From: an uncultured Actinomycetes bacterium | GTDB lineage: Bacteria > Actinomycetota > Thermoleophilia > RBG-16-64-13 | Length of the DNA: 64,000 nucleotides | Assembly (NCBI GenBank): GCA_947085635.1 | Contig: CAMTXC010000006.1 | Span: 11,564 to 75,563, forward strand | Reading direction: 5' to 3' | Shown: positions 53,871-61,675 of the stretch, piece after piece | Position numbering within the stretch: the stretch's first letter is position 1 | Layout of the letters: every line of letters starts with the position of its first letter | Made by a program: the position numbers and the translations under genes | The notes under the pieces: model-generated | Seen by the model: the letters and a program-made list of their open reading frames with translations, nothing else | Databases searched by the model: none | What the model was told of the DNA's origin: nothing

Positions 53871-54896
53871 TTGGTCCGCCGCTTTCTCGAGGGACGCGCG
53901 CGGCCGCGCACGCTGGCCTACACCTACCTCGCCACTCTTCTCGCCGCCGCGGGCGCTACGCTCGCCCTGCTCGTATCCCTCTTGCTGCGCTATCTGCCGC
54001 ACGGCCTGCTCACTCGGGCGGGACTGGCGTGCGACATGGAAGTAGCCTGTGCGTCGCCCCTACCGCCCTGGGCGGGCTCCACATTCTCCTTCCTCATCGG
54101 CGGAGTGATCGTGGGGCTTGTGCTGTTCGCCGGGGTCGCGATATATGGGCAGACTAGTTGCTCCACGCGTAGACGACTCGACGTGGTGAGTTCGGCGATG
54201 GAGTTCCCCTGTGCGGTCCCGTCGGGCCTGCGCGGGCGGGTGTACCTCGTCGACGACCCCGCGCCCGTCTCCTACACCATCGGCTTCTGGCGTCCTCAAG
54301 TCATCGTATCTTCGGGTCTCCTTGCCACCCTCGACGAGGACGAGCTCCGTGCGGCCCTCGCGCACGAGGAGGGCCACGTGGTCGCGGGTGACAACCTCAT
54401 GGTGCTCGTGGCGCGCACGCTTGCCCTGACCTTCGCTCTGGTGCCCGGCGTCGGCATGGCCTACGCCCGGTTGCGCAAGGCGCAGGAGCGGGCGGCCGAC
54501 GAGTTCGCCCGCGATCGCACCGGCGACGGCCTTCTGGTGGCCGCCAGTCTCACGAAGTTCGCACGTTCACTGCTCGCGCCGGCGCCTTCCCGGCGGGTCG
54601 AGATCGCGACCACGTCTTTCGCCGAAGAGGGAGATGTGAGCGAACGTGTCCGCGGCCTCCTCTCCAACAGCCGTGTCGCCACCTCGAAGCGCCGACTGGC
54701 AGCGGTAGCCCTCGCTTTCGTGGTGCTCGTGGCCACGTTCTCCGGCAGCGCCCTGGCGTTCACCGGCGTCACGTTGGCCTCTCGGTCCGACTGCTCGACG
54801 TGTCATGAGCTGCGGGTGGTGTCGGCCGGCGCTGCCACGATGCACGAGAACCCGAGCCTGCACGCGGAGTGCGTGGATACCTTCGTTCAGCACTGA
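53871..54896 (+). CDS. BlaR1-like M56/M48 zinc metalloprotease sensor with C-terminal CxxCH motif
   Basis: HEEGH motif, multiple TM helices, final TM helix followed by SDCSTCHE. Start is uncertain because the upstream in-frame sequence looks like another TM helix but has no canonical start codon. Confidence 0.75.
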   Translation: MVRRFLEGRARPRTLAYTYLATLLAAAGATLALLVSLLLRYLPHGLLTRAGLACDMEVACASPLPPWAGSTFSFLIGGVIVGLVLFAGVAIYGQTSCSTRRRLDVVSSAMEFPCAVPSGLRGRVYLVDDPAPVSYTIGFWRPQVIVSSGLLATLDEDELRAALAHEEGHVVAGDNLMVLVARTLALTFALVPGVGMAYARLRKAQERAADEFARDRTGDGLLVAASLTKFARSLLAPAPSRRVEIATTSFAEEGDVSERVRGLLSNSRVATSKRRLAAVALAFVVLVATFSGSALAFTGVTLASRSDCSTCHELRVVSAGAATMHENPSLHAECVDTFVQH

Positions 54897-54981
54897 TCGC
54901 GTAGCCCGGCGCCCCGCCCCGCCGCCTCCCTTCGCCCCGCAGGAAAATAACACCCGTCTCGGTCGCGGGGCCTTGTTCACC

Positions 54982-54998
54982 TACTACGCTCTGTAGTA
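54982..54998. promoter_or_regulatory. Operator-like inverted repeat TACTAC-N5-GTAGTA
   Basis: Perfect repeat 44 nt upstream of the DUF2318 gene. Confidence 0.55.
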
Positions 54999-55041
54999 CT
55001 ATGGCTGCAGCCGATACACCCTGTGAGAGGGAGATGGAGAC

Positions 55042-55674
55042 GTGTCGAAGAAACAGACGGCCCGGAAGGGCGATCTGAAGGCAAAGCGGGAGCGTTTCGA
55101 AGAGGCCGGGAAGTTCCCCGTGGGGAAGCTGATCGCGGTGAGTGTCATCGTGCTCGGGCTCGCGTTCGGCGGCTTCGCGGCGTACCAGTACTTCGTGGCA
55201 CCGCAGGCGGTGGGCGGCGCGACCGTGGACTCCGGCGTCTCGTATCCGGCGGGTCAGGTGCCCATGGTGCCGCTCGACGCGCAGCAGACCGCCGAAGGCC
55301 TTTCCTTCCCGGTGCAGGGTCTGAAGGACAACCTCATCGTGGGGCTCACGTACGAGCGCTCGCAACCCATGCCGGCCGGATACCAAGCCGCGACGGGTGG
55401 AAGCAGCCTGCCGCTTCTCAGCTACATCTCCCCGAAGGGGAACCTGGTGGTGGCGACTTCGTTCTGCGAACCGTGCCGCGGTGACAGCTTCCACATCGAC
55501 GGCAACGCCTTGGTGTGCGACGTCTGTTTCACTCGTTGGGACCTCGACACGCTTGAAGGCCTGTCGGGCGGGTGCATGGCGTATCCTCCTGAAGAAGTGG
55601 CCGCGGAACTAGTAGGCGACACCGTGTTCATCCCCAAAGCCGATCTCGAGGCGTGGGTGCCGAGGGCATTCTAG
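55042..55674 (+). CDS. DUF2318-like membrane-anchored Cys4 protein (FetA/Cj1660-like)
   Basis: N-terminal TM helix. C-terminal CEPC...CDVC...GGC pattern. Confidence 0.65.
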   Translation: MSKKQTARKGDLKAKRERFEEAGKFPVGKLIAVSVIVLGLAFGGFAAYQYFVAPQAVGGATVDSGVSYPAGQVPMVPLDAQQTAEGLSFPVQGLKDNLIVGLTYERSQPMPAGYQAATGGSSLPLLSYISPKGNLVVATSFCEPCRGDSFHIDGNALVCDVCFTRWDLDTLEGLSGGCMAYPPEEVAAELVGDTVFIPKADLEAWVPRAF

Positions 55675-55733
55675 GTGCTGGTCTTTCAAGAGTCGCGGGG
55701 TAGGCTGGGCCGCCTCAGAGTACGACGGCGGCC

Positions 55734-56891
55734 GTGAGGCTCTCCTCGATAGCGTTCCGCAACGTGCGGCGCCACCTCTGGCGGAGTGCGCTGGTGTTCG
55801 TGGTCATCGCCGCGTCGGTGGCGGTGGTCACCAGTCTCTACCTTGTGACCCGCAGCGCCGAGCGCGACCTGGAGAACAAGGTCGATGAGTACGGCGCCAA
55901 CATCGTCGTCGTGCCTCGCAGCGAGGAGTTGCCACTGTCGTACGGGGGCGTGCAGGTGGGCGGGCTCACCTACGACGTAGAGCCTCTGCACATGGACGAC
56001 ATCGCGGTCATCAGGGGCATCGAGGAAGGCGAGAACATCAATCTCGTGGCTCCGAAGCTCGTGGATTCGGCCGAGGTCGGGGGCGTGCGGGTGTTGACTG
56101 TGGGAGTCGACTGGGCCTCCGAGCTCAGTCTGAAGAGGTGGTGGACCGTCGTGGGGACGTCACCATCCGGCGCCGGTGACGTGCTTTTGGGCGACCGGGC
56201 GGCGCGGCACCTTGGCCTGGGTCCAGGCGATCCCGTCGAGTTGCGCGGGGAGCAGCTCACGGTCGTGGCCGTGTTGGAGCCCACCGGCACCCAGGAGGAC
56301 GACCTGCTCTTTCTCGACCTCGGCGTGGCTCAGCGTCTGTGGGATCGCCCCGACGAGGTGAGTTTCTTCGAGGTGGCCGCGTGGTGCGCGACCTGCCCGA
56401 TCGAAGTCATCAACGCTCAGATCTCGGCCGAGATGCCCTATGCCCGGGTGTCCGCCATCCTGAAGGCGGCGGAATCGCGAAGGATCCTCATCGGCCAGTT
56501 CCGTCTGTTCACGTTGGTACTCTCCGTGCTCATGGTCCTGGTGGGGTGCCTGATAGTTCTCGTATCGACCCTCTCGTCCGTACGGGCTCGTCGCGGCGAG
56601 ATCGGCATCTTCCGGTCGGTGGGTTACCGGCGGCAGCACATCTTCAAGATCATCCTGCTCGAGAACCTCGCGTTGGCCCTGTTTGGGGGGGTGGCGGGTC
56701 TGCTCGTGGCCGCGGTGGTGCACGCGCCCATGGCCCGGGCGGTCGCCCAGGTGCGCGACACGATGCCCCTTTCCCCCACCGACCTGGCCCTCGCTCTGCT
56801 CGCTTCTTTGCTCGTGGTGCTGGTGGCGAGCCTTTATCCGGCGGGTCGGGCCGCGGCTCTCAGCCCGACACTGGCCATGAAGAGGGTGTGA
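55734..56891 (+). CDS. FtsX/MacB-type ABC transporter permease 1
   Basis: TM1, large periplasmic domain, then three TM helices with the FtsX motif. Confidence 0.8.
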   Translation: MRLSSIAFRNVRRHLWRSALVFVVIAASVAVVTSLYLVTRSAERDLENKVDEYGANIVVVPRSEELPLSYGGVQVGGLTYDVEPLHMDDIAVIRGIEEGENINLVAPKLVDSAEVGGVRVLTVGVDWASELSLKRWWTVVGTSPSGAGDVLLGDRAARHLGLGPGDPVELRGEQLTVVAVLEPTGTQEDDLLFLDLGVAQRLWDRPDEVSFFEVAAWCATCPIEVINAQISAEMPYARVSAILKAAESRRILIGQFRLFTLVLSVLMVLVGCLIVLVSTLSSVRARRGEIGIFRSVGYRRQHIFKIILLENLALALFGGVAGLLVAAVVHAPMARAVAQVRDTMPLSPTDLALALLASLLVVLVASLYPAGRAAALSPTLAMKRV

Positions 56892-56895
56892 CGTC

Positions 56896-58053
56896 GTGGA
56901 GCTTCGGCACATCGCCCTCGGCAATCTTCGACGCCGGAAAGGCAAGGCGGCCCTCATCACCTTCGGACTCGCGGTGGCGGTGGCGGCTTTCGTGCTCGTG
57001 CTCTCGCTGATACTCTCTCTGCGCGCCACGATGGACGACAGGCTCTCTCGCTACGGCTCGAACCTCCTTGTGACTCCGCCGCGCACCGATCTCGACCTCT
57101 CCTACGGCGGCGTGAGTGTGTCTGGCGCAGGCAGCGGCGAGGTGCTCTATCTTGACGAGGTCGATCTGGCGGCCATCCAGGCACTCGGCGAAGCTGGGCG
57201 ATCGGCGGCCGTCATCCCTGTGAGGCTCGAACCCTTGAGTCTCGAGGGCCGGCCGGTCCTTGCCATGGGCACCGACCTCGCCGAGAGCGCGAAAGTGAAG
57301 CTCTGGTGGAGGGTCGAGGGTAGCCTTCCGGACTCCCCCGACGAGATCCTGCTCGGCCTCAATGTGAGGAACGAGTTCGGGTTGGACCGTGGCGACACGG
57401 TCGAGATGGGGGGGCGGCCGTTTACCGTGTCCGGTGTGTTGTGGGAGACGGGCGACGAAGAGGACAACCTGGTCATTGTGGGGCGGGAGGCCCTGACTTC
57501 ACTCACCGGCGAAGGCGGTCGCATCAACCTCATCGAAGTGACGGCGGCCTCCACCTCCGATGTCGAAGCGCTTGTCGCGGACATTGAGCGGGCGCTTCCC
57601 GATGCGGACGTCACCTCGGTCAAGCAGAGTATCGAGTTCAACAATCAGGCCGACTCCTCGTTGGCGCGCTTCGGCCTGGCGGTGATGCTTCTCATCGTGG
57701 TGATCTCAGGTCTTGTGGTCACGATCACCATGTTGACCGCGGTGCAGGAACGTCAGAAGGAGATCGGCATCTTCCGGGCGGTGGGTTTCAAGCAGCGCCA
57801 CATCGCCACGCTCATCGTCCTGGAATCGGCCATGCTGAGTTCTTCCGCGGCTGTGATCGGAGTCGTGGGGGGTCTGGGCGCCGCTTCGCTGGCGCCCCGC
57901 CTGGTGCGCGAGTCGGAGTTGGGTTTCCACTTCGATCCGCTCCTCATCGCGGCGGGTGTGGCGGTAGCGTTCCTCGTGGGGTTGTCGGCCGCGGTCTACC
58001 CGGCGTGGCGGGCCGCGCAGATGGATCCGGCGACGGCTTTGAAGTACGTGTGA
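56896..58053 (+). CDS. FtsX/MacB-type ABC transporter permease 2
   Basis: Same architecture as permease 1. KEIGIFRAVGF motif. Confidence 0.8.
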   Translation: MELRHIALGNLRRRKGKAALITFGLAVAVAAFVLVLSLILSLRATMDDRLSRYGSNLLVTPPRTDLDLSYGGVSVSGAGSGEVLYLDEVDLAAIQALGEAGRSAAVIPVRLEPLSLEGRPVLAMGTDLAESAKVKLWWRVEGSLPDSPDEILLGLNVRNEFGLDRGDTVEMGGRPFTVSGVLWETGDEEDNLVIVGREALTSLTGEGGRINLIEVTAASTSDVEALVADIERALPDADVTSVKQSIEFNNQADSSLARFGLAVMLLIVVISGLVVTITMLTAVQERQKEIGIFRAVGFKQRHIATLIVLESAMLSSSAAVIGVVGGLGAASLAPRLVRESELGFHFDPLLIAAGVAVAFLVGLSAAVYPAWRAAQMDPATALKYV

Positions 58054-58124
58054 TGAAGACGGCCGCGCGCACCCCGGGGTGACGCGCGGCTCCGAATGGA
58101 GACGAGAGCGACGGGAGTGGGAAC

Positions 58125-58823
58125 ATGGCCCTCATAGAAGTCGACGGCGTTCGGAAGGAGTACGGCGACGCCGAGTGCCGGGTGGTCGCCCTGCACGAGG
58201 TGTCTCTAGAGGTGGAGGCCGGCGAGTACGCGGCTATCATGGGCCCTTCGGGCTCGGGCAAGACCACGCTGCTCTCCATACTCGGCGCGATGAACCCACC
58301 CACGTCGGGCTCGCTGCGCATCGACGGCATCGACGTCTACGACCTCTCCCAGGAGCGCCAGGCCGACCTACGCCGGGAGTACATCGGCTTCGTCTTCCAG
58401 CAGCTCGAGCTTGTGCCCTACCTCAGCGCACTGGAGAACGTCATGCTGCCCCTCGCCATCTTGAAAGAGCGTGGGAAGAGACAGCGTGCTCTCGAAGCGC
58501 TCGCGCGGGTAGGTATCGACGAGCAGAAGGGGCGACGTCTTCCTTCAGAGCTCTCCGGAGGCGAGCAGGGGAGAGTGGCGATTGCCCGGGCCGTCGTGAA
58601 CGACCCACCCATCATCCTCGCGGACGAACCGGTGGGCAGTCTGGACACATCGACGGGGCGGCAGATCCTCGATCAGCTGCGGGCCCTGGCGGACGGCGGC
58701 CACGCGGTCGTCATGGTCACGCACAATCCGGACTCCACGGCTGATGTCGATCGGGTCATCCAGATCCTCGACGGGAGCGTATCTTGCGACGACGGTCCCA
58801 AGATCTGCGTGATCCCGAGCTGA
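58125..58823 (+). CDS. ABC transporter ATP-binding protein (MacB/LolD-type)
   Basis: [29 protein letters not shown]. Confidence 0.9.
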   Translation: MALIEVDGVRKEYGDAECRVVALHEVSLEVEAGEYAAIMGPSGSGKTTLLSILGAMNPPTSGSLRIDGIDVYDLSQERQADLRREYIGFVFQQLELVPYLSALENVMLPLAILKERGKRQRALEALARVGIDEQKGRRLPSELSGGEQGRVAIARAVVNDPPIILADEPVGSLDTSTGRQILDQLRALADGGHAVVMVTHNPDSTADVDRVIQILDGSVSCDDGPKICVIPS

Positions 58824-58940
58824 TGTCGGTGCGGGGGAGGTGCGGCGGCGGCGCGGTGGCCATATACCACTGGGGGTATCGGGAAAGGTTTGCTAGAATC
58901 CGTGAGACGACGCTGCTATCCGACTTGACCGAGAAGTCGG

Positions 58941-59045
58941 TGAGAGGAAGGCCGATGAGAGGAAGGCCGATGAGAGGAAGGCCGATGAGAGGAAGGCCGA
59001 TGAGAGGAAGGCCGATGAGAGGAAGGCCGATGAGAAGAAGGCCGA
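58941..59045. repeat. 15-bp tandem repeat x7 (tgagaggaaggccga); each copy carries AGGAAGG followed by ATG
   Basis: Six perfect copies and one variant, read directly from the sequence. In frame it encodes (MRGRP)n. Confidence 0.95.
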
Positions 59046-59587
59046 TGAGAAGACCGACCTCGCGCGTGGCCCTGGTGGCCGCGTTCGCTCTGCTGCTGGG
59101 ACTCATAGGGGTCCTCGGGTGCGGTGGGCAGGCGGTCACGAGTGGATCAGGCGTGGCCGCGGCGCCCGACTCGACCGATTCCCGCAAGCCGGCCCCCGCC
59201 TTCAGCGGCGTTACGATGGACGGCGCCGAGGTGTCTCTGGCCACGTTCGAAGGAAAGCCGCTCGCGCTCATCTTCTGGGCCACCTGGTGACCTTCTTGCA
59301 GGGCGGAGACGCCCGAACTCGATAGGTTCTATCGAGAGAACAAAGACGACATCGGGTTCCTCGTTATCGCGATCCAGGACGCTGAAGCCGATGTGCGGGC
59401 CTTCATGCAACAGGGCGGATACGACCTCCCCGTGCTCCTCGACCCGCCGGGCGCTATCGCCAACGCCTACCGGGTATCGGCGGTGCCTACGGCCGTCTTC
59501 ATCGATCCGGAGGGTAATATCGCGAGCATCAAGGTGGGTCAGACCACGGCCGCTCAACTCGAGGAGATCACCTCGGCGTTGCGATGA
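59045..59587 (+). CDS. TlpA/ResA-like thiol:disulfide oxidoreductase lipoprotein with selenocysteine (FWATW-U-PS-C) at TGA 59288-59290
   Basis: The ORF track splits it into 58784..59290 and 59393..59587, which are in the same frame. LGC lipobox. Any repeat ATG from 58955 to 59045 could be the start. Confidence 0.8.
59293..59317 (+). other. SECIS-like hairpin (upper stem GGGCG-GAGA-CGCCC at 59301-59314)
   Basis: The upper stem starts 10 nt after the UGA. A lower 3-bp stem forms across a 5-nt internal loop. Confidence 0.4.
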
Positions 59588-60306
59588 GCATCGAGCAGCT
59601 GAACCTGGCAGCCTTCGGACTAGCTCTGGTGGCCGGCGCCGCCAGCTTCCTCAGCCCGTGCGTTCTGCCCCTTCTGCCCGGCTATCTCTCGTTCGTGTCG
59701 GGGGTGTCGCTGGATCGCCTGCACGTGGACACCCGGCGCGTCTTCTTCGCCACCCTGGCCTTCGTGGCGGGGTTCTCGCTCGTGTTCACTCTCGCGGGAG
59801 CGGGCGCGGGGTTCGTGGGCGACATCCTGCTGGCGCACAGACGGACGCTGCAGATCGCATCCGGTGTGATGCTGGTGCTGCTGGGGGTGCTGGTCTCTGG
59901 CCTGCTCCCCCTGAGCGCGTTCCAGCGCGAGCGCCGGTTGTTGCCCTACCGAGTGCCCGGAGGATTGGTGGGGGCGGGGTTGGCGGGCGTGGCCTTCTCT
60001 ATCGGGTGGACGCCATGCGTCGGGCCCATCCTTGCCTCGATCCTGACTCTGGCCGCTTCAGGCCGGAGCCCCCTCGGCGGCGCAGCGCTGCTCGCGACCT
60101 ACTCGCTGGGGCTCGCCGTGCCGTTCGTGTTCTCCGGGCTGTTCTTCGCCCGAGCCATGGGCGCCTTCTCCTGGGTCAAACGTCACTTCGGCGTGATCAA
60201 GATGGCCTCGGGCGTCCTGCTCGTGGCCTACGGTCTGCTCATGATCGGCGGTCAGTTCACCTGGCTCACCGCACGGCTCGCGGGCTACCAGCTGTTCGAG
60301 TTCTAG
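59584..60306 (+). CDS. ccdA: CcdA/DsbD-family cytochrome c biogenesis thiol-reductant transporter
   Basis: FLSPCVLPLLPGY and TPCVGPIL motifs. ATGA overlap with the TlpA-like gene. Confidence 0.9.
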   Translation: MSIEQLNLAAFGLALVAGAASFLSPCVLPLLPGYLSFVSGVSLDRLHVDTRRVFFATLAFVAGFSLVFTLAGAGAGFVGDILLAHRRTLQIASGVMLVLLGVLVSGLLPLSAFQRERRLLPYRVPGGLVGAGLAGVAFSIGWTPCVGPILASILTLAASGRSPLGGAALLATYSLGLAVPFVFSGLFFARAMGAFSWVKRHFGVIKMASGVLLVAYGLLMIGGQFTWLTARLAGYQLFEF

Positions 60307-60439
60307 GCGGTTCGCTCGGTTAGAGGGCGCGCGAGGCCGGCGCGCGTGGCCTGCCGGCGCGGCCGGCGCGCGCCGGGGCGTTTACCGGCGGCGGAGGGGG
60401 CGGTATACTCGCTGACACGTCGTGAGGAGGTGGTCTTCG

Positions 60440-60565
60440 ATGGCCGAGTGTGTGAACTGCCGCCGGCAGGTGGACGATGACGCCGAGGCCTGTCCGCATT
60501 GCGGTCAGAACCTCAGCGAGCCCATGGTGCAGCAAAAACCGCACTGCGGGACACCGCACGCATAG
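60440..60565 (+). CDS. Candidate 41-aa zinc-ribbon protein (MAECVNCRRQV...CPHCGQ)
   Basis: GAGGAGG lies 9 nt upstream of the ATG. CxxC...CxxC pattern. A terminator-like hairpin with a T-tract follows. Confidence 0.45.
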   Translation: MAECVNCRRQVDDDAEACPHCGQNLSEPMVQQKPHCGTPHA

Positions 60566-60592
60566 AGTCCCACCGGTAGGTACTGGGCGCAT

Positions 60593-60624
60593 GAGGGGGG
60601 CGGGCGCCGGCCGGCCCTCTTTTG
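60593..60624 (+). terminator. GC-rich hairpin followed by TCTTTTG
   Basis: GAGGG...CCCTC stem flanking a GC-rich interior, then a T-tract. Confidence 0.5.
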
Positions 60625-60676
60625 CTGCGAGGCGCGCGAACTACGCGCGCAAAGTGCGGCGCGCGCGAATCGAGAT

Positions 60677-60706
60677 CACGCACGGTGCGCGCACGCACGG
60701 TGCGCG
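60677..60706. repeat. 15-bp tandem duplication x2 (cacgcacggtgcgcg)
   Basis: Read directly from the sequence, upstream of fdhD. Confidence 0.9.
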
Positions 60707-60741
60707 GAGCATCTGACCTGAGCGGACAAGGTGGCGAGCAC

Positions 60742-61671
60742 GTGACGACTGACCGACCCATGAAGGAGAATGCACCGTCCGCGGCGCGCAGCGCGAGAGA
60801 GACCCGCTTCGGCGCGTCGATTGCCGCCGTGAACCAGGAACCGGTCCGGGCTGATCCCGTGAGCACTGATGCCTTGCGGACAGACCCCGTGGAGGCGGTG
60901 AGCGCCCACGTGTGGGAAGACGGGTCGTGGAGCGAAACACCGGTCGAGGTGCCGCGGGAAGAGCCCATGACCATCACCTTGAACGGGCGCGAGTTCATTA
61001 CCATGCTCGCCACTCCCGGCGACGCTCCCGCATTGGCGGTGGGGTTCCTCTTCAGCGAGGGCATCATCGACCGGGCCGACCAGGTCGAGTCCCTGGAGGA
61101 GACACCGCAGGGCGTGAGCGTGCAGGCCCGCGGCGTGGATCTCGGCGCTCGTCTGTTCGAGCAACGGGTGCTCACGTCGGGTTGCGGCCGAGCCTTCACC
61201 TTCGGGAACGTTCTCGATGCCTTCGCCGCCGGATCTCGGCGCCCTCCCGAGCCGCAGCCCTGGGTTCGTGCTTCCGTCCTGCGTCAGGCAGTGGGCGAGG
61301 TCTATCGGGGAGGCGATCTGTACCGCAGGACGCGGGGCACCCATGCCGCGGCGCTTGTCGACACCACCGGCTCCCTGGTCGCCATGACGGAAGACATCGG
61401 GCGGCACAACGCGGTCGACAAAGCGATCGGTCGTCGTCTCTTGACGGGCGCGTCGTTCGAAGGCCTGTTCATGGTGGTCACCGGGCGCATCTCCTCCGAG
61501 ATGGTGAGTAAGATCGCGAAGACGCCGATCCCGTTGGTGGTCTCGAAGAGCGCTCCCACCGGTCTGGCCCTCGAGCACGCGGAGCGCGTCTCTCTGTGCG
61601 TGGTGGGACGGGCGCGTGGGCGCACGCTGACCGTTTTCACGTTCCCCGAGTGGGTAGATCTGGAGGGGTAG
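60742..61671 (+). CDS. fdhD: Formate dehydrogenase accessory sulfurtransferase FdhD
   Basis: SGCG, GTHAAAL, DIGRHNAVDK and VSKSAPT motifs. Start is GTG 60742 or ATG 60760. Confidence 0.85.
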   Translation: MTTDRPMKENAPSAARSARETRFGASIAAVNQEPVRADPVSTDALRTDPVEAVSAHVWEDGSWSETPVEVPREEPMTITLNGREFITMLATPGDAPALAVGFLFSEGIIDRADQVESLEETPQGVSVQARGVDLGARLFEQRVLTSGCGRAFTFGNVLDAFAAGSRRPPEPQPWVRASVLRQAVGEVYRGGDLYRRTRGTHAAALVDTTGSLVAMTEDIGRHNAVDKAIGRRLLTGASFEGLFMVVTGRISSEMVSKIAKTPIPLVVSKSAPTGLALEHAERVSLCVVGRARGRTLTVFTFPEWVDLEG

Positions 61672-61675
61672 GGCC

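Noticed and set aside
58941-59045. Regularly spaced 15-bp repeats considered as a possible CRISPR array; the same question was asked of the 14381, 16457 and 62324 repeats
   Set aside because: The units are directly abutting with no spacers and are far shorter than CRISPR repeats. No cas genes are present.
60320-60592. 90-aa minus-strand ORF overlapping the small zinc-ribbon candidate
   Set aside because: It is Pro/Arg/Ala-rich and has no Shine-Dalgarno site. The plus-strand 41-codon ORF has a strong Shine-Dalgarno site and a downstream terminator.
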